From NCBI GenBank assembly GCA_004431415.1, contig QPMI01000496.1:124001-188000 (forward strand): a stretch of DNA of 64,000 nucleotides, given 5' to 3'. Below are positions 48,555-60,011 of the stretch, one piece after another. Within the stretch, counting starts at the first letter, position 1. Each line of letters starts with the position of its first letter. The notes under the pieces are model-generated. The model saw only the letters and a list, made by a program, of their open reading frames with translations. It made no database searches and was not told where the DNA came from. This stretch comes from Cyanophora paradoxa CCMP329. Taxonomy: Eukaryota > Plantae > Glaucophyta. Made by a program: the position numbers and the translations under genes.

Positions 48555-49589
48555 GGTTGCTGCGGGCGGCCGGGAGAGAGCGGGCTCAGGCCCTCTCAAA
48601 AGCTAGGCACGACTTCGCGAAGACCTCAGCGCACCTGGCTAGTCGCGGTTGGAAGTGATCCGACCGCAGACGACGAACCGAGGGAGTGAGGAACAAAGGA
48701 GGCAGTTACAAAGACCCTGGCTCCTAGGCTCCTAGTCCAACGGGGTACACAGCCCTAAGACCTGAACTCTGGAGAGGGGGGTAAGCCTTTGTTCACCTAA
48801 GACCCCACCTGCGTCTGTGACCTCCGAATCGCCTCCGATACGTAATATCACGTAATATAACATCGATTCAAAGCTCTGCAGTCGAAATTGTACCGGACCG
48901 TCGAACTCCGATCGCGTGCCGGGTACCGGTATATATATATACGTGGGGCCGGCGCCCGGCGGCCGGCTCATGCTCAGCGGCTATATATATAGCTAGACGC
49001 CCATCGGCCCGTCTGCTCTGGGATCCCGCCGTCATCCCGGACGCCCTTGGCCCGGCCCCCTAGTGGAGCAATTCGAAAGCTTTAAACTGCATGAGGGAGC
49101 TGCAGCTGGGCACCCTCCTCGCGCTCGAGCTCGAACTTAAAAGCTTGCATATGCATGCCAGTGCACAGCTGCCGCAGTGCAGGCCTGAAGCCGCTGAGCA
49201 GCCATTGTGCAAATCCGATGATCTCTAAACAAGGGAACCAGGACAGGTCCATATATATATATACTGCATGCGTGAAAGCGCATAGCTAGCTAAAATTAAA
49301 TAGGCCCTTGCAATTGAGCTAGCGCTCATGATCATATTCATATATATAGATGCTGTATCATGGTATATATCGAGAACCGGGCTCCGTGATACCCTCGGGT
49401 GGCGCTGTTTGGAGGCAAGGTATAAGGGGACAGGGGTAGCAGCATTGGCCCGGAGTCAGGTGGAGCGCCGAACTTTCCCGGAGTCAGGCATGGGGAGCAG
49501 TAATAGTGGTGTGAGATCAAGATATGCGAGCATCGGATATGTGATAAATTGAACTAACTGATAATGCATAGCTAGCTCTATATGGCGCG

Positions 49590-50485
49590 CGCGCGGCGGG
49601 TCCCGCGGCCGCCCGATTGCGAAGCCCTGCGGCCGGCCGGCGAGCGAGCGCGACCTGCGCGCAGTTCGATCAGAGCTCGTCGGCACTAGACGCAGGGCCT
49701 GCCGCCGGCTCACGGCTCACCTGGAACAGAGAGCGAGAACTGGCGCGGCGGGTCCCGCCGCCCGAAGCCCTGCGGCCGGCGAGCGAGCGCGACCTGCGCG
49801 CAGTTCGATCAGAGCTCGTCGGCACTAGACGCAGGGCCTGCCGCCGGCTCAAGGCTCACCTGGAACAGAGAGCGAGAACTGGCGCGGCGGGTCCCGCCGC
49901 CCGAAGCCCTGCGGCCGGCGAGCGAGCGCGACATGCGCGCAGTTCGATCAGAGCTCGTCGGCACTAGACGCAGGGCCTGCCGCCGGCTCACGGCTAACCT
50001 GGAACAGAGAGCGAGAACTGGCGCGGCGGGTCCCGCCGCCCGATTGCGAAGCCCTGCGGCCAGCCGGCGAGCGAGCGCGACATGCGCGCAGTTCGATCAG
50101 AGCTCGTCGGCACTAGACGAAGGGCGTGCCGCCGGCTCCCGGCTCACCTGGAACAGAGAGCGAGAACTGGCGCGGCGGGTCCCGCCGCCCGAAGCCCTGC
50201 GGCCGGCGAGCGAGCGCGACCTGCGAGCAGTTCGATCAGAGCTCTTCGGCACTAGACGGAGGGCGTGCCGCCGGCTCACGGCTGACCTGGAACAGCGAGC
50301 GAGATCTGGCGCCGCGGGCCCCGCCGCCCGAAGCCCTGCGGCCAGCGCGACCGAGCGACCTGCGCGCAGTTCGATCAGAGCTCGTCGGCACTAGACGGAA
50401 GGCGTGCCGCCGGCTCACGGCTCACCTGGAACAGCGAGCGAGAAACTGGTGCCGCGGGTCCCGCCGCCCGAAGCCCTGCGGCCGA
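49590..50485. repeat. Tandem satellite, about 6.3 units of 139/149 bp
   Basis: Anchor CAGTTCGATCAGAGCTC recurs near 49662, 49801, 49940, 50089, 50228, 50367. Confidence 0.95.
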
Positions 50486-51089
50486 AAAGCGAAAGCGCTA
50501 GCGTGCAAAGAGCGAGCTGAAGCGTTCAGAAGCATCACTTCTGCATCTGCTGCAGCCGCTTGAGGGGGGTACGCTTGGCCCTTATTGGCCTTTTTTTGGC
50601 CGCGCAAACGGGCGAGGGCGATCTCAGCTGCTGCCGCTCGTTAAGGGCTGCCGCTCGAGAATGCACTTTGTATAGTGCTCATTGTCATTTTCGGCGCCCA
50701 GGCTGCGCTCCGCGCGCGCCCGGAAGCGAGTGTATGTCGATATGCAATCCCGAGGTCGCTTAGGACGCGTCTTTCAGCGGCGCTGGTCCGGGCTATGAGG
50801 CCCTTAGACTTGGGGCTATCCGGAAACTGGCGTCGTTACGCGGGCGTTGAAGTCGCCGTCTCAGGAAGTTGGGTTCCGTTAGAAAAAAAACCGAGAACCC
50901 AGCGAAAACTAGAAAAAGTTATCGGATCCGAGACTCTGAGACTATTACTATGTATATATGCGGACAAGACTCCCGAGGGGGCCGCCCAGATCGCGGCGGA
51001 CATCGCCGTCAAGTCCCGCAAGCGCGCGATTCAATATGATTGATCATGAGCGCTTCGGCCCCGACGCCGTCAAGAAGCGCAATAGCGGT

Positions 51090-51183
51090 GCCGCCGCCCC
51101 CCCCCGCCGCCGCCGCCGCTGCCGCCCCGCCGCCGCCGCCCCGCCGCCGCCGCCAACGCCGCCACCGCTGCCGCTGCCGCCGC

Positions 51184-51241
<58 letters not shown>

Positions 51242-51270
51242 GCTGCCGCCGCCCCGGCGCCGGCCGCCGC
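51090..51270. repeat. Imperfect (CCG)n microsatellite
   Basis: Directly visible. Confidence 0.9.
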
Positions 51271-51348
51271 CCCGCGCCCGCCCCGGGCCCGGCCCCCGCC
51301 CCCGGCCCCGGGCCGGCCACCATCTCGCTCACCAACAACCAGGCGGCC

Positions 51349-51480
51349 GGCACGGTAGAGCGCCGCACTCTCCACTCTTGTGGTAGAGGCACGGTAGAGC
51401 GCCGCACGCGTCCTTGGTGGAGCGGTAGAGCGCCGCTCTCTCCACTCTTGAGACTCTGGGTTCGAATCCAGGCCGACCGA
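51349..51480 (+). mobile_element. tRNA-derived SINE-like head (Pol III A and B boxes) with duplicated 5' segments
   Basis: A box TGGTGGAGCGG 51415-51425 followed by TAGAGCG; B box GGTTCGAATCC 51459-51469; no complete cloverleaf; GGTAGAGCGCCGC repeated three times. Confidence 0.55.
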
Positions 51481-51622
51481 GACGATCCCGCATCGAATCC
51501 CGGTGTGGTCGGTGGGGGGTTTGATGGTATCCCAACGCTGGGCGGACCCCATAGCCGCACTCACTGGACCCGAAAGGCCGAAGGTGGGGGCGGTCCTGTG
51601 CGTTCCCATAAGAACACGCGCA

Positions 51623-51749
51623 TACCGTAGAACACAATATTAGTCTGTACTTTATTATGTCGTCCCGAAATTATGTCGCCTCGGACGGGACAAAACGACA
51701 TAATTTGGAGACGTCATAATACGGGCTCGCTAAGCCGTTTCATACAGTA
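51623..51749. mobile_element. Fold-back TA-flanked MITE
   Basis: TA-CCGTAG...TATTATGTCGTCCCGAAATTATGTCG mirrored by CGACATAATTTGGAGACGTCATAATA...TACAG-TA. Confidence 0.65.
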
Positions 51750-52517
51750 CCCCCCAATTTTACCGCCCCATACAAGCCTGAAAATTTCATTCCGACATAA
51801 TTTGGGGGCGTCATATTTCGCATAGAGAGGGGGCCCTGTGACAAGCCCACCGCCATCCTCTCTGAGTTAGATAGCTTCATGAAGCAATGCCACCTCCCTA
51901 CCTCGCTTCTGCGTAACGCCTTGCCCACCTACGGGCCCGCCCCACCCCCCTAAGCATTTCCCCGGCCTGGCCACTAGCGCCAGACTAGCTATAGCTCCAC
52001 GGCCTATATCCCCTCCACGCCCCTTTTCTTTCCCACGACCACACCAGGGCGGCCACCCCGCCCATGGCCACAACCGCCCGCCCCCACGGCACCCCCGATA
52101 AAGCCTCTAACCAGGACCACAAACACCCCGCGCCCCACACGCAATAAAAATAAGGGGGCGCGCCTGCTACCCTAGCCCGCGCCGCCCCCACCCCTCCCCC
52201 CCCCCACCCCTCTTCCCCCGCCTGATAAGATTGGCCCCCTCGGCGCCACGACCTCCGCACCTACACTCACGACAACGACCCCCTACCACGCTTCCCCCTA
52301 CAAGAGAAACGCTCAGCTGTACTACAGTGGCGCCCCGGCCGCGGCGCCGGCAGGACGATTCTCGCCCGCCGGCGCCCGCGCCGGTTGCAGCCAGCCTGGC
52401 AGCGCGGCCGGGACCCGGTGACCGTCGGACGCGAGATATACATCATTGAGATGCCATGATGCATTTACAGCCTGGCAGCGTTCTGCATGCTGAACAGAGC
52501 GCTCGCTGTACATGTCC

Positions 52518-53515
52518 TATCAAAACCTTCCAGCACGTTGTATCTGCTTCCCCAGACAGCCGCAGTTTCTCTGTTTTTTGTCTAAGGCGCATCTGCCTCC
52601 GCGCCCTCCAGCAGCTTTGCGCAACTTCTCACGGTCGGTTCGTGTTCTCTGTGCTCTATTTCCCGTCGTCTGGCTGCGCTCTGTGTCCTGCCGGCGTTCG
52701 CGCCCATTCTCCTGGCCGTTGTGCCCGTTCTCTGCCCGTCGCGGCTGTATACTTCATCTTCGATGCAACACGTCTGAAATGCGCCCTCTGACATGCCTAC
52801 GTCACTCCGTCGCCTGGCGCCTTTTCCCGCTAACCGCTTCGTCGGTGTTAGACGTGGCTGCTCATTGATTGCTCTCCTTCAGTGCGCATTGCATTTCTGC
52901 ATCTTTATGTCGTCCGGTAGCCGATTGTATCGCTAACAAGCCGATCTTTCCATCACCGTTGCTAACTGCTGCCTGCGCTTCGGCATAGTATTGTGTGCTT
53001 GCTCCGCATTGCCGCCATCAGAGGCTGTTCTCCTTCCTCGACTCACCTCGCTTGCTCCGCATGCCGCTGTCGGACGCTGCCGCATACCTCCCTCGACTGA
53101 CCTCAGGCACAGGCCCAGGCCCAGTAAGCGTTTTCGTCTTTCTGATCCTAAGTCTAATTTTTCTTCTGTTGGTATGGCCGCTGCTGCTCTTAATGAGTAA
53201 TCCTGAGTGACACTTGAGCTTGTGTCCTTCCTTTGCCCGGGGCAAACCCTGATACCCTCGGGCCGCCCGACAGGGAGCGGGCCGTCACGGGGATTCAGGC
53301 TCTTCCTATGTGGCGCCGTCGGGTGTCCACATAGGTTGGCTTTCCATTCTGCTGGCGCCCTGGGGGTGGTGGCCCAGGGTCCTGTACGTGGCTTCCACTC
53401 ACTCCCCACGCTAGTGGGTCCCTGACGGGCCTTGCACGTCCCATTCGGGGCCTCTGCGGTTTTGTCATACCCAGTCTTGCTGGCGTGGATGTGTCTACTG
53501 CATTTCTCTCTCTCT
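52518..53515 (+). mobile_element. 5'-truncated non-LTR retrotransposon copy
   Basis: Perfect 16-bp TSD CTCGCTGTACATGTCC (52502-52517, 53516-53531), (TC)n tail, degenerate ORF with CALCPAGVRAHSPGRC (CCHC-like), hairpin-rich 3' region. Confidence 0.8.
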
Positions 53516-53951
53516 CTCGCTGTACATGTCCGAGACGGCGCAGCTCAGGCGGGCCACGATTCTCAATAATTATATAATCACGATCTCATTATATATAAAC
53601 TTTTGAAAGATCCGATGATCCGAGCTGCGCATGCAGGACGCTGGCGAGCTACTGGCGCTCTACCAACGGAGCGCTAAATTAAACAAAACAGAGAGAGAAG
53701 GTGGGGTGGAGAGGGCCGCAGCCCGGGAGGGCCCCAGAGGAGGAAAGGATGCAGCCCCGCTAATTATAAAGAGCCACTGACTTGCCGTGCGCGTCAGTTG
53801 GGTCCGGGGAAGGGAAATTAATCATGTGCATGGGTCTGCGGTGCTGTGGCACCTAGGAGGAAGCACCAAGAGCTCTTGGCATTGGCAGTGCGCACAAGAC
53901 TCGCACAAAAGGGGTGGCGGGGCGGCAGCCCCGGGCGGGACTGCCCAGTCA

Positions 53952-55542
53952 CTACATGGCCTTGGTGTTCTTCCCGGCCTTGGTGTTCTTCCCGCCCTTG
54001 GGCTTCCTGATGGACTTGGCGCCCTTGCTCTTGCCCTCGGAGACGCCGGCGCCCAGCAGGCGCATGGCCTTGGTTCCGGGGAGGCGGGCCCTGGCGAGGG
54101 CCAGGAGGCCCGTCATGCCCGTGGCCTTCTTGGGGGCGGTGGCCTTCTTCACGACGGGCGCCTCGGCGGCATCGAGCTCGAGCGCTGCCCCGGGCCCCCT
54201 CCTCGTCCGAGGAGACTTCGATGAGGTCGTCCCTGAGGGCAGAGCGGGTAAGGAGAGGGAGGAGGGGGGGGGAAGGGGGGGGCGGGGGGGCGGGGAAGGA
54301 GACGGAGGGGCGGACCTGGTGGCGGAGCCGTTGTCGGACTCGTCCGAGGAGACAACGACGGACTGCGCCGGTTCGGCGTCTCCCTGCGGGCTGGGATTGA
54401 GGAGCGATGGAGCATCCGGGAGCAAGAAGGAGGGAAGCACTCGTTGTCGTCCGTAGGCAGTTGCGGCGCAGGCGGGGCCGCAATCTGGGCAGGCGGGGCC
54501 GGCTGCGGCGCAGGCGGGGGCAGGACTCGCGGCTGGACTGCAAAGTGGCCGTGCCGTTCCTGCACGGACGGCGGTGGGCACTCGAAAGCGAACAGAAGCG
54601 GGAAAGGGGTAGAAAGTGCCCACCGGAACGCGGCGTAGAGGGCATCCAGCGCCTTGGTCTTCTCGTCCTCGTCCGTGATCACGTACGTCCTAGAGTACTG
54701 CTGGGGGATGAAGTGGACGTGGCCATCTGGGGGGAGAGCTCAGCAAGGGCAGGATGAGGCCGTTCACGGAGACAGCCACGAACCTGCAAGGTCCGCCTCG
54801 AAGCTGGTGCAGACCAGCTGAAGCTTCTCGCCGGGCTTGTAGTCGAGCGGGTAAACGAGGCTGCGTTCGCCAGGGGACTTCTTAAGCTTGTAGGGATGGA
54901 AGGTTGCAGTGCACCTGAGCAGGAGGGGTCAAGATCAGACTAGGAGAGTCGGAGCGACCAGCAGAGGGACGCGCCCATTGGCGGAAGCATCCCGGACGTT
55001 GTGGTACGTGTATCTGTTCGTGTGGATGTACTCGCCCGGCAGGCTCTCGAGGACGACGACCTCCGTGCCTGCGCGGAGGATGAGAGCCAGGGGGACGGCG
55101 CGGCGCCTGCAGAGGGCGCACTGGCAATCCCGCTGAAGGAAGCGCTTCTTCGTCGTCAGGTAGCGCTGAAGGATGCCGATGTGGGCGAAGAGCGCCGCCC
55201 CGGCGGCGTTGCAGAAGATGTAGAGGGAGTCGTCGAACCCATCCTCCCCCTGCCAGGGAGCGCGCTTAACGCGTGGGCGCCGCTGGTCGAGCTGCGGGTT
55301 CCTACAGGGCGACCTACGCTGGCTGCAGGCGCGGGGGCGCGACATCCTGGAACATGACTGTACAGCGCGTTCCTCGTGCAGAAATGCTGGCCGCAGTGCA
55401 GGCACTTGCCGCCGTACTTCTGCCTAGATCCGCCGCAGCCTGGCTGGCTGCAGGGCTTGCTGGCCGGCTCGATATCGACTCCGATAGCAATTTCCGCAGG
55501 GGGCGCTGCACCGCGCGGTCTGCCGGAGCGCGGGAGGGTCAT
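53952..55542 (-). CDS. Hypothetical protein with N-terminal Cys/His zinc finger and Lys-rich C-terminal tail
   Basis: CSQPGC..CLHCGQHFCTRNALYSHVPGC; spliced central exons (DDSLYIFCN.., FHPYKLKK..VYPLDYKPG); tail KKATAPKKAT..GKNTKAGKNTKAM*. Confidence 0.6.
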
Positions 55543-56136
55543 CGATATCGGTCGGCGGACGAGCGCGGGAGATCTATTGGGTACGTCAAAAAGACTTTCG
55601 CAGGGTAAGTTAACGCACTCTCCAATGCGATTGGCTAGCGCACGCGGCGTCCTCCTACACGACCGCGCTCGCGCCCGGCCTCGCTCCCGCTGTACAGAAT
55701 GTCGGGCATAATGCAAGCATTGACCACGAACTGGTCTGGCCCGTATATCTGCTCCCTGTGCCTCGCTGGACCCGTTTTTGTCCCGGGTGTTGGTGCCCGT
55801 TCCTGGATCACCCTTTCGTCGGACGGGACCGGGAGACATGGTTTCGGGATCCCCTTGGGATGCGCTTTCAGGATGTACCGCGCGGCCCGGGTTTTGCGGA
55901 GGTCGGGGAAATGGGATTTGGGGTAGGGTTGGGCCCGAGGGACAGGGACGTCGACAGGGGAAGTGATTTTCCCTTCCCCAATAATTTAGAGTATAGTTTT
56001 TCCACCCACGGGCCCGCCGGGGGGCAGTGTTGTATACGTATTTGTATTTGTAGAAACCCGCACCAGGTCATTCGTTGCTAGTAGGGCTGGGACGTACGAC
56101 GTCGACCTACCCAAACTGCCTTCTAACTAACGCCCT

Positions 56137-56763
56137 GGAGTCCGGGCCGGGAGTCCGTGGTACGCCCTGGGCCTCCCATCGGCTCTGTCGCCACTGGGCC
56201 AGCTGCTGAGACCCGCGCTAGCGGTAGGTCGGGCCTGGGCCCCCCGCACGATCCCTCGATCTCACAAGCAGCGGCGGCGCGACTGATTAAATTGCCCAAA
56301 ACGGCATCAGATCTAGGCTGGGAGGGAGGGGGGGGGGGGGGGGGGGGGGGGGCACGGTTACCAGCGCTAGCGCTATAGCTTGCGCTGTGCGCTATGCTAG
56401 CACTACGCATGCGTTGCCTCAGGCCACCCGGCCCCTCGCCCCGCGCCCGCCCCTGCATGCGCAAGCCGCGCCGCCAGCGCCGGCGCCGCGCGAGCTGCAC
56501 CGCCGCCCGCCGTGCCGGGCGCCTCCGGCGCGGCCCGCCCAGCGTGCATGGCCCGGAGTCCCAGGCTCCCGGGTCCCGGAGTCCGGGCCGGGAGTCCGTG
56601 GTACGCCCCGGGCCTCCGGATCCCATCGGCTCTGTCGCCACTGGGCCAGCTGCTGAGACCCGCGCTAGCGGTAGGTCGGGCCTGGGCCCCCCGCACGATC
56701 CCTCGAGCTCACAAGCAGCGGCGGCGCGTCTGATTAAATTGCCCAAAACGGCATCAGATCTAG
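56137..56763. repeat. Two near-identical direct repeats of about 180 bp (56137-56316, 56578-56763)
   Basis: GGAGTCCGGGCCGGGAGTCCGTGGTACGCCC...AAAACGGCATCAGATCTAG occurs twice, about 260 bp apart. Confidence 0.93.
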
Positions 56764-56963
56764 AAGGCGGTTGTGCTCGGGCGGCCGCACAGCGGCGCCG
56801 CCGAAGGCTAGCGACGCCGAGCCTCGGGCTTAGCTGCAAGCGCAGGCTAAGCCTGCGGCTACGCAGGTGCGGCTTCTATTGCTGCAAGCTTCTCTAGTGA
56901 AAGCTGTGTCCGAATGAGAGGCCAGCGACGAGCCAAGCCCCGGCTGGGCGCACGCACATTGCT

Positions 56964-57357
56964 TCACGCGCCGTAGAATTCGGATACGGCTGCGCCTTCG
57001 ATGGAGACGAACTCTACGCCGTCCTCCTCGCCGCCCGCCTCCAGCTCTTCCACGTGCACAGGGAACGCGACCTCGTCGATCTCCTGTGTGTCGGCGTCAA
57101 GCCGACCGACGTAGTTCGGGCTCTTCTCGTCGAGAAACGTGTTCGGGTTGGTCGCATCTGCACGACTGTGAGAGCGGCATGCGAGCGACGGCAGTAGACC
57201 TGCGGACCGTCGGCTTTGTAATCATCTGCACTTGCAAGATTGTTAGCGATGGCCGCGGCATCCGCGAGCGCCGGCGAACTGCGCTAGTCTGCGCACCGTC
57301 ACCGGGTTGCGGGAAGTTAGAGTCAAACTCCACAACCTCCTCGGGCGGGGCCGCCAT
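56964..57357 (-). CDS. Small acidic protein (about 90 aa), mini-paralog of the 45604-48554 protein
   Basis: Exons 57357-57297, 57225-57208, 57157-56964 with GT-AG introns give MAAPPEEVVEFDSNFPQPGDDDYKADDATNPNTFLDEKSPNYVGRLDADTQEIDEVAFPVHVEELEAGGEEDGVEFVSIEGAAVSEFYGA*. Confidence 0.8.
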
Positions 57358-57579
57358 ATGTACGCTGCTGATGCTGCTGCCTCGCCAAGGCGCCTGTGCG
57401 CTTAGCAAGAGACGCCGGTGGGTTCGGTGCTACTGGGAGGACGCGACTGGGTGGGGGACTGTACCCCCAGACAGAAACCACTCGCATACCCCAGCGGGAA
57501 AGCCCAGTGTTTAGCCCAGTCAGCCCACTGAGCCCAGTTAGCCCACAGAGAAGCGAGTTCCAAAGCGCAACCGGTGGGA

Positions 57580-58469
57580 ATGGTGCTCACAGATGAGCAG
57601 GTGACTCCGCTTCCTTGCTCCCGAGTGCGCGCGGTCTCGCTGACGTCCGCGACCGAGCGAAGGTCGCAGAGCTTCTCAAGCATGGCCCGGGGCCCCAGAC
57701 GGTCATGGGTTCGTGCGCGGGGGCAGGGAGCGGCGACTTCCATCAGTACAGGCAGATGAGGCGGCGAGAGATGGAGCGCGAGAACTTGATGAACAAGCTG
57801 TGGAAAGAGGTGCGCAGCGCCGTGAGGCGCAGCTAGCGCCGCTTGCTTCCGCACGGCGCTGCGGCGCGGTTTTCGGCAGGCCCCCGCCGACGCCCGCCGC
57901 ACAGAAGCAAGATAAGGAGGAATTCGAGGCGAGGAAGGAGAAGCGCACGCGCGAGATCGAAGAGAAAGCGGTCCGCCAGCGCGCCGCAGACGCTTCCCAC
58001 GGCCCGCGCGAATATGAGTGTGCCCCGCCCCGCGAACGCAGAACAAAAAGCGCGAGAAGCGTAAGAAGAAGGAGTCCAAGAAAGGCAAGGGGAAGGGCAA
58101 GGAGGAGGGCAAGAGTGGCGGCGAATCCTCAGGCCCCGGCGAGGCCTCGGTGCGCCCTACCCCTACCCCTTCAGCCAACCTGGCGCTCACGGTGCCCCCA
58201 TCAGGGAGGGGAGGAGGAGATCTCAGACTCGGAGATCGACAAGGTGGGCAGTGCCCGCTCCCCTGCCGCCGCGCACGCCGTGCCTGGTACCCGTTGCCAA
58301 GGGCGGCGGGCCCCAGGTGCTAGCGGAGGTGGGGGTACTGGAGCCATCCTCTTCGGAGAAAGAGGACGGCCAGGCGGACGGGAAGAAGGCGAAGAAGGGT
58401 GCGGAGGGCCCGTCCAAGCAGCCCAAGGCGCAGGAGGAGAAGGGGAAGGGGGCGGACAAGGAGAAGTAG
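57580..58469 (+). CDS. PRKRIP1: PRKR-interacting protein 1 homolog (DUF1168)
   Basis: VMGSCAGAGSGDFHQYRQMRRREMER..EEFEARKE..KKREKRKKK signature. Confidence 0.9.
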
Positions 58470-58789
58470 GGCAGCTGGCGAGATAGTGGTCGCATGTACA
58501 GTAGTCAGGCTTCAAGCTTGAACATCCCTCGATCTCCGTAGATGATCGATCCCCAATCGATCGATTCTTCACTCGATGCTCGCAGCGGGGTGACGTCCCC
58601 GGGCCCGAGGGGGGCTGCTTGCGCTCAGCGGCTGCTCTCAGTGACTGCCCCGCACTCAGCGGCTGCTGAGTGGGCTGTCCGATGATCCGATGATCGGTGG
58701 TGGGGACTCAGTGCACGTGACTGCCCGGGGCGCCGCCTCGCGCGATGCCGCGCGCGCACATGCTCAGTAGTAGATTGTCCCATGTTGCC

Positions 58790-59900
58790 CTTGGAAGAAA
58801 AAGCGCTTTAGTACTACGGCAGACTCAAACTGCCAGCATTTTAGGCACTGCGAACAGTCAAACTCACTGAGTGGAGTTCGATCCACTGGGCCATGGGTGG
58901 TCCAGCCTGGCTGCCAACAGTCGTGCCAGCATGTGCGGTAAGTGGGGAACTTGTGAATCGCAGGCCAATGGAAGATTTGGGCATCTCATTGATATACTCA
59001 ATTCGATATGCACTTGAATTCGAAGGCTGCCGGTGCACCCTTGACTCACTGTGGTCACTGAGACGGGTTCCACAGGACAAGGTAAAGTCACTGAGTGACA
59101 TGTGAATCTGTGACTTTTAAAAAAACCAGTGGCAGCCGCTGCTCTTGCCAGTGAGCTTGGAAGTACAAAGCAGCTAGTAGGATTTGCCACAGAGTGGAGT
59201 TTTCAGGCTCAAATTGTGTATCCGGCAGTCATTTCAATGGAAAGGTCCTTTTTCTTCCCTTTTTTTCTTTCTGAAGTGCTGTGGTGCTTGACTGTTCAGT
59301 GCCGGTTCAGTTTCTGCTCGATTCTCGGAATTTGCAAACAACAGACAAACAGACCAAGTGTTTCCTCTCAGCCAACACGGCCCAACAGCAAATTAAACAA
59401 CAATTGCAAGTACAAGTAAGTGTTTTTTGAAGATTGTCTTCTCCGAGTGTTATTGTGAATGAAAGAGTTCATTGGAATATCAATCTAGCGCTAGCTATAG
59501 AGATTAATCCCAAGCACGCCTTCCTTGCCTTATTTGCAATTGTTGCTTGTGTAATTATGATTCCGATTTCGATGATCGACTGATCATGATGTCCAGGTCA
59601 AGCTTGCCCATGATCATGAAGAAGTGTTTCCTCCCAGCCAACAGAAAATAAGAAGCACAACGAAGTCACTTGAAGTGCTTTCAAGTTTTCCAAATCAAAA
59701 CATCCGATGATCATAGCAAACCTAATATAAATGTTCACTTGTTCTTCTTTCTTCACTTGATAGTAGAATGTTATTCAGCCCTAGAGCTTCTAGATCTCCT
59801 TTCTTATGCAGATAGCTATTTATAATTATATGATTCAGGTCATTTTAAGTTTTCTGAAAAATTCTGGGGGGGTGCGGGGGGGCGGAGCCCCCCTGCTTGT
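58790..59900. mobile_element. AT-rich probable TE relic ending in a GC hairpin (Helitron-like 3' end)
   Basis: Sharp GC drop, no credible ORF; GCGGGGGGCGGAGCCCCCCTGC hairpin followed by TTGT. Confidence 0.3.
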
Positions 59901-60011
59901 GTACACAGGGTCCCGCCGGCGCCGGCGTCACTGGGTCGGCGTCCGTGAATCCCGGCGGAGTCTCGGCGATCGCGATCGCGAGGCCGGCTGCCGGGCCGAC
60001 GCCAGCGCGCC

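Noticed and set aside
49590-50485. CRISPR-like array or repeat-encoded peptides
   Set aside because: There are no unique spacers and no cas genes. The 139-bp unit is not a multiple of 3, so reading frames shift every unit.
50675-51043. 122-aa ORF between the satellite and the CCG tract
   Set aside because: No motif, codon bias or splice support; it lies within repeat-rich DNA.
51408-51480. Functional tRNA gene
   Set aside because: A and B boxes are present but the acceptor and anticodon stems do not pair.
53240-53255. Telomerase RNA template (AAACCCT) or hammerhead ribozyme
   Set aside because: Only one 7-nt telomere-like unit, inside a TSD-bounded retroelement; no CUGANGA plus GAAA core found.
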